From the NCBI GenBank assembly GCA_964598305.1, contig CAZRBP010000001.1, positions 22,501 to 86,500 on the forward strand: a DNA stretch of 64,000 nucleotides. Direction: 5' to 3'. The notes beneath the pieces are model-generated. The model had not been told where the DNA came from, did not search any database, and saw only the letters and a program-made list of their open reading frames with translations. Position 1 is the first letter of the stretch, and each line of letters opens with the position of its first letter. Shown here one piece after another: positions 34,153 through 40,981 of this stretch. This DNA comes from an uncultured Pseudomonadales bacterium. GTDB taxonomy: Bacteria > Pseudomonadota > Gammaproteobacteria > Pseudomonadales > Azotimanducaceae. Made by a program: the position numbers and the translations under genes.

Positions 34153-35160
34153 ATGAGCCTGTTCGGCGTTGTCGCCAACCCGGCCTCCGGCAAGGACGTG
34201 CGCCGCTTGGTGGCCCGCGCCTCGGTATTCGACAACCAGGAAAAACAGGCCATCGTTGAGCGGGCGCTGATTGGCGCCGAAGCCGCTGGCGCCTCTGAAT
34301 TCGCCTACCTCGACGACCCCAACGGCATTGTCGCCAACGCCGTGCGTGAAAACGGCCGCCTGTGCGCCAGGCCGCTGGACACCACCCGAACCCGAACGGC
34401 GCTCGACACCATCACCGCGGCGCGAGCCTTGAAGGACATGGGCTGTGCCGTAGTCATCACCCTAGGCGGCGACGGCACCAATCGGGCCTTCGCCCTAGGC
34501 TGGCCCGACGCGCCCCTGATTCCGCTGTCCACCGGCACCAACAACGTTTTCCCGCGCCTGGCGGAGGCGACCCTGGCGGGTGCCGCCGCCGGACTGATCG
34601 CTTCCGGCCAGTTGGCATTGGGGGAGGTCGCCGCGCAGCAGAAGGCCATCCAAGTGACCGTGGACGGCGAGCGCCCCGACCTTGCGCTGATCGATGCGGT
34701 GCTGAGCCGGGAGCGCTTCGTGGGCGCCCGCGCCCTGCTCGAGCCGAAACAGCTCGACACCGCCCTGCTCACCCGCGCCGAACCGGCGGCGGTGGGCATC
34801 ACCGCCATCGGTGGGCTGCTGCATCCCTTGTCGCGGGACGCCGAAGGCGGGCTGCTGCTCCGCTTCGGACCCGGCGGCGAGCGGGTGCAGGCGCCCATCG
34901 CGCCGGGGCTATACAAGACGGTTGAGGTGGCGGAGTGCCGAACGGTCGCTGCGGACGAAGCTGTTGCGGCCCGAGGACCGGGCGTGCTGGCCTTCGACGG
35001 CGAACGGGACCGTTCGCTCAAGCCCGGCCAGCCCATTGAACTGAAAGTGGACCGAACCGGGCCCTGGGTGGTGGATATCCGCCAGACCCTTGAATTGGCG
35101 GCCCGCAAAGGATTGTTTACGATGGCCCATTCCCACGCCCGGCGCCAAGCGGCAGGCTAG
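34153..35160 (+). CDS. ATP-NAD kinase-family protein (AcoX-like)
   Basis: The GGDGT motif is present (VVITLGGDGTNRA), as is TGTNNVFP. Confidence 0.65.
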   Translation: MSLFGVVANPASGKDVRRLVARASVFDNQEKQAIVERALIGAEAAGASEFAYLDDPNGIVANAVRENGRLCARPLDTTRTRTALDTITAARALKDMGCAVVITLGGDGTNRAFALGWPDAPLIPLSTGTNNVFPRLAEATLAGAAAGLIASGQLALGEVAAQQKAIQVTVDGERPDLALIDAVLSRERFVGARALLEPKQLDTALLTRAEPAAVGITAIGGLLHPLSRDAEGGLLLRFGPGGERVQAPIAPGLYKTVEVAECRTVAADEAVAARGPGVLAFDGERDRSLKPGQPIELKVDRTGPWVVDIRQTLELAARKGLFTMAHSHARRQAAG

Positions 35161-35196
35161 CAAGCACAAGTCAAGGCAAAGCAAGGAGAGCGTAAG

Positions 35197-36543
35197 TTGC
35201 CCAAGGAAATCTATCTGGTAAAGGTCGGCATGAACATGACCGAAGGGGTGGTGGAGGAGTGGTACATCGCCGACGGCGCCACCGTGGACAAGGGCGAGCT
35301 GCTCTACCGCCTGGAAACCGAAAAGGTCAACCTCGACGTGGATGCCGAGGCCAGCGGCATCGTCAAGCATGTGGTGGCCGAAGGCGTGACCATGAAGCCG
35401 GGCGACGTGGTCGGCTACATCTACGCTGCGGACGAAGCCATTCCCGACGTGCTGCCCCAAGCCGCAGCGGCTGCCGCGGAATCGGTGGCAGAGAGCGCCC
35501 CAACAGCCGCCGCGCCCGCACGACCAGCGGCCTCAAGCACGGCCGACGGGCGCATTCTGTCATCGCCGGCGGCGCGCCGGCTGGCCGGTGAACTGAACGT
35601 CGAAATCGCCACCTTGAACGGCAGCGGACCCAGCGGGCGCATCGTCGAGGCGGACGTCCAGGCTGCCGCCGATGCCACCCGTCCCGCGGCACCCTCGCCG
35701 TCCTCACCCATGGCGCGCAAGCTGGCCCGGGAACTCGGCGTCGATCTGGCCCTGGTGCGCGGCACCGGTCCCGGTGGCCGAATCACCAAGGACGATGTGG
35801 AACAGGCCGCCGCCGCTCCCCCGGCACCGGCTGCAGCACCGGTCTTCGCCAGCGGCGAGGACCGCGTGGTGCCCGTGCGGGGCATGCGCAAGACCATCGC
35901 CACGCGCATGTTCGAAAGCCTGCAGTCGTCCGCCCAGCTCACCATGGACATGGACGCCAACATGGACGACGCGGTGAAGCTGCGCAGCCAGTTGGTGGAT
36001 GAGTGGCAGGACGAGGGGGTGCGCCCGACCTACACCGATCTGGTGATCCGCGCCGCCGCCAAGGCGTTGGAGAAGCATCCGCTGATGAACAGCGTTTTTG
36101 GCGAGACGGAAATGACCCTGCGCGGCGACATCAACGTCGGCATGGCCGTGGCGCTGGAGGAAGGCCTGATCGTGCCGGTGGTGCGCCACGCCAACCAACT
36201 GAGCATGAAGGAACTCGCCCGCGAAAGCGGACGCCTCGCCCAAGCCGCGCGCGACGGGGCCTTGACCCCGGACGACCTCCAAGACGGCACCTTTACCGTC
36301 TCCGCCCTCGGCATGTTCGGCGTCGATGCCTTCACGCCGATCATCAACGCGCCCCAGTCCGGCATCCTGGGCGTCAACCGCCTGCGCGACGACCTGAAGT
36401 GGGTGGGCGAAACGCCGGTCAAGACCCAAGTGATGCGCCTGTCGCTGACGTGGGACCACCGCGCCCTGGACGGCGCCCCAGCCGCCCAGTTCCTAGCCGC
36501 CGTCCGCGACCTGCTCGAAGCCCCCTTCCGGCTGTTGGTTTAG
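35197..36543 (+). CDS. Dihydrolipoamide acyltransferase E2 component (AcoC-like)
   Basis: A lipoyl domain (LETEKVNLDV), an E3-binding-like segment (SSPAARRLAGELNV) and a catalytic DHRALDGA motif are all present. Confidence 0.85.
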   Translation: MPKEIYLVKVGMNMTEGVVEEWYIADGATVDKGELLYRLETEKVNLDVDAEASGIVKHVVAEGVTMKPGDVVGYIYAADEAIPDVLPQAAAAAAESVAESAPTAAAPARPAASSTADGRILSSPAARRLAGELNVEIATLNGSGPSGRIVEADVQAAADATRPAAPSPSSPMARKLARELGVDLALVRGTGPGGRITKDDVEQAAAAPPAPAAAPVFASGEDRVVPVRGMRKTIATRMFESLQSSAQLTMDMDANMDDAVKLRSQLVDEWQDEGVRPTYTDLVIRAAAKALEKHPLMNSVFGETEMTLRGDINVGMAVALEEGLIVPVVRHANQLSMKELARESGRLAQAARDGALTPDDLQDGTFTVSALGMFGVDAFTPIINAPQSGILGVNRLRDDLKWVGETPVKTQVMRLSLTWDHRALDGAPAAQFLAAVRDLLEAPFRLLV

Positions 36544-36544
36544 G

Positions 36545-37303
36545 TCACTGCGTGGTCATACCGGCATCCACGGTGAACTCGGCGCCGCTGACGTAGTTGG
36601 ACTCGTCCGAAGCCAAGTAGAGCACGCAGTTGGCAATGTCCTGGGGTTCGCCCATGCGGCCCATGGGCACCCGCTCCGGGGGCACCGCCTGGGGCTCTTC
36701 GAGGCCGGTGGCCTGCGCCTGCATATTGGTCCAGATGACACCGGGATGCACCGAGTTGCAGCGAATGTTGTCCGCCGCGCCCTCCACGGCGATGGACTTT
36801 GACATGATGCGCACCCCGCCCTTGGCCGCGCCGTAGGCGACGCAGGTGGCCATGCCGACCAAGCCAGCTACCGAGGAGAGGTTGATGATGGAGCCGCCGC
36901 CCGATGCGCGCATGGCCTCCATGCCGTACTTGCAGCCGAGAAAAACGCTGGTCAGATTGACCTCGATCTGCCGGTTCCAATCCGCTAGGCTCATTTCCTC
37001 GACCCGCTTGAGGACTGCGATGCCGGCGTTGTTGACCAACACGTCCAAACCGCCGTAGGCGGCGCTGGTCCGCTCCACCACGGCCTGCCACTGCGCCTCA
37101 TTGGTCACGTCCTGACCGAGGGCAAGCGCGTCGCCGCCCGCCTCCTGAATGGCTGCGGCGCAGGCCGACGCCCCGGCTTCATCCACATCGGTCACCACCA
37201 CCCGCGCACCCTCGCGCGCCAGCGTCACCGCCGTGGCAAAACCCAACCCCGGATTCGAAGCCGCCCCGGTCACGATGGCGGTCTTGCCTTGCACTCGTCC
37301 CAT
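36545..37303 (-). CDS. SDR-family oxidoreductase
   Basis: The motifs TGAASNPGLG, NNAG and YGAAKGG are present. Confidence 0.85.
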   Translation of the reverse strand: MGRVQGKTAIVTGAASNPGLGFATAVTLAREGARVVVTDVDEAGASACAAAIQEAGGDALALGQDVTNEAQWQAVVERTSAAYGGLDVLVNNAGIAVLKRVEEMSLADWNRQIEVNLTSVFLGCKYGMEAMRASGGGSIINLSSVAGLVGMATCVAYGAAKGGVRIMSKSIAVEGAADNIRCNSVHPGVIWTNMQAQATGLEEPQAVPPERVPMGRMGEPQDIANCVLYLASDESNYVSGAEFTVDAGMTTQ

Positions 37304-37357
37304 GTCCCTTCCTTGTACGCTTTACAAGCGGCGATGATAGTTCACAACTCACTTAAA

Positions 37358-37547
37358 GTCGCAACCAGAAGTGGCGACGGCATCCTGTCGAGGGCGAGTC
37401 GCCCTCGCTCCGACCTTCGTTCGAAGCCGTTCCGCGGAGCGAGTCGCAGCCAGAAGTGGGGTCGGCATCCTGTCGAGGGCGGGTCGCCCTTATCTGACCT
37501 TCGTTCGAAGCTGTTCCCCGGAGATAAGGGCGACCCGCCCTCGAACG
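37358..37547. repeat. Two ~85-bp tandem REP-like units; the second contains a perfect 23-bp inverted repeat (37473-37495 / 37522-37544) around a 26-nt spacer
   Basis: The units start at 37358 and 37443 (GTCGCA(A/G)CCAGAAGTGG..GGCATCCTGTCGAGGGCG..GACCTTCGTTCGAAGC..). The arms are TCGAGGGCGGGTCGCCCTTATCT and AGATAAGGGCGACCCGCCCTCGA. Unit 1 carries CGAGGGCGAGTCGCCCTCG. Confidence 0.9.
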
Positions 37548-37585
37548 ATGCGCAGCATCGTCCTATCCAGAGCGTTCAAGGTCGG

Positions 37586-38569
37586 TCAGCGCACCGGCAA
37601 GTCCGTTTCCGCGAACATCTTTGCCCGGGCGGCGCCGGTGGGCCGGGCGACGGCTTCGGCCACCGTGCGCGGGTCCAGGTGCGGGGCAAACCACTCGATG
37701 AACTCGTGCATGAAGCGGCGCAGGAAGGTGCCGCGGCGAAAGCCGATGTGGGTGACGGAGGGTTCGAAGAGGTGCGAGGCATCGACGGTCACCAGGCCCC
37801 GGTCAACCGCCGGGTCGAAGGCCATCGAGGCGATGATGCCGGCGCCGAAGCCGAGGCGCACGTAGGTCTTGATCACGTCGGTATCGGTGGCAGTGAAGGC
37901 CACGTTCGGCTTGAAGCCCTCTGCCTGGAAGGCCCGGTCGAGTACCGAGCGGCCGGTGAAGCCAAACACATAGGTCACCAAGGGCTCCGCCGCCACGTCC
38001 GCCAAGGTCAGTTCGCGCTCCGCGCCGATCTGCGCTAACCGATGCCCCTCGGGCACGATGATGTCCCGATACCACCGGTAGCAAGGCAGCATGATGAGGT
38101 TCTTGAAGAGCTCCAAACCCTCGGTGGCAATGACGAAGTCCACCTCCCCCGCTTCGGCCAGTTCGACCAGTTGGGCGGGGGAGCCTTGGTGCATCTGCAG
38201 CGCCACCTCCGGGTAGGCGCTGCGGAACTTGCGCACCACGGGCGGCAACGCATACCGGGCTTGGGTGTGGGTGGTGGCGATGGACAGCAGGCCGGTTCGT
38301 TCGTCCCGGTATTCGTCGGCCATCAGCTTGATGCTGTCCACTTGACGCAGCACCTCGCCGGCCCGCTCCAGAATGAGCTTGCCGATGGGGGTGACATCAG
38401 CGAGCTGCTTGCCTTGGCGGGCAAAGATCTCGACGCCGAGTTCGTCTTCCAGCAAGCGAATCTGCTTGCTGATGCCGGGCTGGGCGGTGAACAGGCTTTC
38501 AGCCGTCAGGGAAACGTTCAGGCCATGCTGAGCCACTTCCCAAATGTAGCGCAGTTGCTGGAGTTTCAT
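37586..38569 (-). CDS. cysB: LysR-family transcriptional regulator CysB
   Basis: The start was moved to ATG 38569. MKLQQLRYIWEVAQHGLNVS.TAE.L.T.QPGISKQIR.LEDELG..IF.R.GK and ATTHTQARYALP..HQGSP track E. coli CysB closely along the whole length, from memory. Confidence 0.9.
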   Translation of the reverse strand: MKLQQLRYIWEVAQHGLNVSLTAESLFTAQPGISKQIRLLEDELGVEIFARQGKQLADVTPIGKLILERAGEVLRQVDSIKLMADEYRDERTGLLSIATTHTQARYALPPVVRKFRSAYPEVALQMHQGSPAQLVELAEAGEVDFVIATEGLELFKNLIMLPCYRWYRDIIVPEGHRLAQIGAERELTLADVAAEPLVTYVFGFTGRSVLDRAFQAEGFKPNVAFTATDTDVIKTYVRLGFGAGIIASMAFDPAVDRGLVTVDASHLFEPSVTHIGFRRGTFLRRFMHEFIEWFAPHLDPRTVAEAVARPTGAARAKMFAETDLPVR

Positions 38570-38637
38570 GGGGCCGCATTCTAAGCCCATTCATCGGCTT
38601 TTGGAATAAAGCCAATGTTCGTTATAACAAAAGGGTC

Positions 38638-39531
38638 TTACGGCGTGTTGGTGACCCCGCTCGGCACGTGGCCGGCGGGGATGTGCGGGGCGGCGGCTTC
38701 GCAGTGCTGGGTTTGGTCATCGAAGAACACGTCGGCGGCGAACGCCCGGAGGAACTCGGATTTGGTCATGCCGCCGAGGAACAGGGATTCATCCAAGCGG
38801 ATGTTCCAGGCGCGCAGTGTGCGAATGACCCGTTCATGGGCTGGCGCCTCGCGGGCGGTGACCAGCGCGGTGCGGATGGGGCAATCCTCGTCGAACTCCT
38901 GCTGCAGGTCATGCAGCGCCTTCAGAAACGACTTGAACGGCCCGCCCGGCAGCGGCTTGCCGGCCTCTGCGGCCTCCGCCGCGCTGAAGGCTTCGAGCCC
39001 TTGCGCTTGGTAGATTTGCTCGGCCTCATCGGAAAAGAGCACCGCGTCGCCGTCGAAGGCCAGGCGCAGTTGGTCCGTGCCCGACCGCTCGCGCCCGCTG
39101 CTGCCTAGCAGCAAGTTGGCCGCCGCCACGCCCTGCTCCAAGGCTTGGCGAACGTCCGCGCCGTGGGTGCTGAGAAACAGGTCGCAACCAAATGCCCGCA
39201 CGTAGCGGTATGGCGTGTCGCCGCTACAGAACGCTGCCTTGGTGACATCGAGCCCATGGTGCTTGATGGAATTGAAGATGCGCAGCCCCGTATCCGCCGA
39301 GTTGCGCGACAGCAATATGATCTCAACTCTCTTTTTTTTCTTTAATTTATTGATATTGAGCAATTTTTTTACGAAGTAAAACCCCTCCCCTGGGTCTAGC
39401 GGCTTGTCTTCGTTGTCGATTTGGAAACGCCGGTAGGCCTCCAGCCCCTCCGCTTCATAAACGGCATTGCTGTCGCGGAGATCGAACAGTGCCCGGGAGG
39501 AGATGGCGACGGTCAGCAGGTCGGGCGTCAT
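38638..39531 (-). CDS. 5'-nucleotidase (cytosolic 5'-nucleotidase-like family, PF06189-type)
   Basis: The N-terminus is LTVAISSRALFDL. Length is ~297 aa. The start overlaps the upstream stop (ATGA). Confidence 0.6.
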   Translation of the reverse strand: MTPDLLTVAISSRALFDLRDSNAVYEAEGLEAYRRFQIDNEDKPLDPGEGFYFVKKLLNINKLKKKKRVEIILLSRNSADTGLRIFNSIKHHGLDVTKAAFCSGDTPYRYVRAFGCDLFLSTHGADVRQALEQGVAAANLLLGSSGRERSGTDQLRLAFDGDAVLFSDEAEQIYQAQGLEAFSAAEAAEAGKPLPGGPFKSFLKALHDLQQEFDEDCPIRTALVTAREAPAHERVIRTLRAWNIRLDESLFLGGMTKSEFLRAFAADVFFDDQTQHCEAAAPHIPAGHVPSGVTNTP

Positions 39532-39725
39532 GCGTCAAGGTCAGGAATGAGTTGGCTTTCGAGCTTGGCGATCGTGTCCTTGAGCTTGAGCTTGCGCTTC
39601 TTCAACCGCTGCACCCGCATGGTGTCGTGATGGCTGGTGGAGATGAGGTGATGAATGACCTCATCGAGGTCGCGATGCTCAATGCGCAATTCCTCCAGCC
39701 ACTTGGTGAGTTCGGCGCTGTCCAT
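39528..39725 (-). CDS. DUF465/YdcH-family small protein
   Basis: A 65-aa protein. EHRDLDEVIHHL .. RLKKRKLKLKDTIAKLE matches the family pattern. Confidence 0.7.
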   Translation of the reverse strand: MDSAELTKWLEELRIEHRDLDEVIHHLISTSHHDTMRVQRLKKRKLKLKDTIAKLESQLIPDLDA

Positions 39726-39805
39726 GGACGGCTACGCAGCCCTGCAACTGATTGCCTAGCCGCCATGATACCCTAGAGTCCTAACGACAGCCCCCGTTTA
39801 GCCGC

Positions 39806-40291
39806 ATGATCCCCTTGATGCTCGGTTTGATTGCCGCGACCGCCTTGGTGGTGCTGTTCCGGCTGGTGTGGCTCTCGGCTCCCGTCAAAAAGAGCACCCT
39901 CATCATCACCTTGGCCACGCTGGCCTTGATAGCGGCGCTGGCGGTGCTTGCCGCCACGGGACGCCTGCATTGGCTGGCCGCGGCGGTAGCCGCCCTGCTG
40001 CCCTTCCTGCGCCGCAGCGCCGGCTTGCTGGTGCGTTTCTTTCCGATCCTCGGGCGCCTGTTCATGGCGTTCAGGCAAAAGCGCCAGGACGCAGGCGGCG
40101 CGGCGCGGCCTGCCGCCGGCGCCATGAGCCGCCAAGAGGCCCTGAGCGTTCTGGGACTTGGCGCCAATGCCACCAAGCAGGAAATCATCGACGCCCACCG
40201 GCGGCTGATGGCCAAGAACCACCCCGACAAGGGCGGCTCGACGTTCATCGCCCAGCAACTCAACGAAGCCAAGCGCGTGCTGCTGGGCTAG
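39806..40291 (+). CDS. Membrane-anchored J-domain (DnaJ-like) protein
   Basis: Three hydrophobic segments are followed by AYSVLGL-like ALSVLGLGANATKQEIIDAHRRLMAKNHPDKGG. Confidence 0.7.
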   Translation: MIPLMLGLIAATALVVLFRLVWLSAPVKKSTLIITLATLALIAALAVLAATGRLHWLAAAVAALLPFLRRSAGLLVRFFPILGRLFMAFRQKRQDAGGAARPAAGAMSRQEALSVLGLGANATKQEIIDAHRRLMAKNHPDKGGSTFIAQQLNEAKRVLLG

Positions 40292-40686
40292 CTTGGAACC
40301 ATGAAGCCGCGGGCTTCCTCCTCCAAGCTCAACAGCCGCCGCACCCAATTGTCCAGCAGCCTGAATTGCTCGTCTTCGACGCCAAACGCTCGGCTGACTT
40401 CCTTGAGCAGGCACTCCTCCTCCACTTCGAAGGCGCCGTCGGCGTAGCTCAGCCGAATTAAGTTCAACAAGGCAATGATGCGCGACTTGGGGGTGTTGAA
40501 AGTGGCCTCGATGCCGTCGAGCGCCAAGTACTCGGCCTCAAGCGCGGGATTGAGCTCCATCTCGCGCTTGAACTCGTCGAGCATGCCCTCCTCGTTGGGA
40601 TCGAGCAGCCCGTCGGAGACCACCACGTTGTGGGCAAGCCCCAAAAGGGCTTCGCGCTGCTCAACTGATAGCGCCGACAACCACAT
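40288..40686 (-). CDS. TerB-like (tellurite-resistance-type) domain protein
   Basis: A 132-aa acidic helical protein. LLGLAHNVVVSDGLLDPNEEGML resembles TerB-family ADG..d..E repeats. GAGGG SD. Confidence 0.45.
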   Translation of the reverse strand: MWLSALSVEQREALLGLAHNVVVSDGLLDPNEEGMLDEFKREMELNPALEAEYLALDGIEATFNTPKSRIIALLNLIRLSYADGAFEVEEECLLKEVSRAFGVEDEQFRLLDNWVRRLLSLEEEARGFMVPS

Positions 40687-40695
40687 GGCGAACCC

Positions 40696-40827
40696 TCAAC
40701 TGCCGGCGATGATCCGCAGATTGTCGATCAGGCTGGCCACCATGATGAGAACGCACAGCCAACCCCAGCCAATAATGGCCTTCATGAACCAGCTTTGGTT
40801 GATGAAGTCCTCAATCAAATACCACAT
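40696..40827 (-). CDS. 43-aa single-pass membrane peptide (below ORF-track size cut-off)
   Basis: Hand translation gives MWYLIEDFINQSWFMKAIIGWGWLCVLIMVASLIDNLRIIAGS. A GGGAGG SD lies 7 nt upstream. It ends 9 nt before the TerB-like gene. Confidence 0.4.
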   Translation of the reverse strand: MWYLIEDFINQSWFMKAIIGWGWLCVLIMVASLIDNLRIIAGS

Positions 40828-40981
40828 CGCTCGGCCTCCCAATGTCTATGCGCGGCAATCCGCGCCAAGATGTCCCCGACCCGGGGTGCCGCTATTTTAG
40901 TCGAATTTTCCGCCCGAGGTTCGCTCAGAGTTTCGCCGCCTCGAAGCGCCGTTGGCAGCCCGGCCCCTGTAGAATGGCGGC

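Noticed and set aside
37289-38038. + strand ORFs of 249 and 164 aa crossing 37.3-38.0 kb.
   Set aside because: They run through the REP-like doublet and then antisense to cysB, whose identity is unambiguous.
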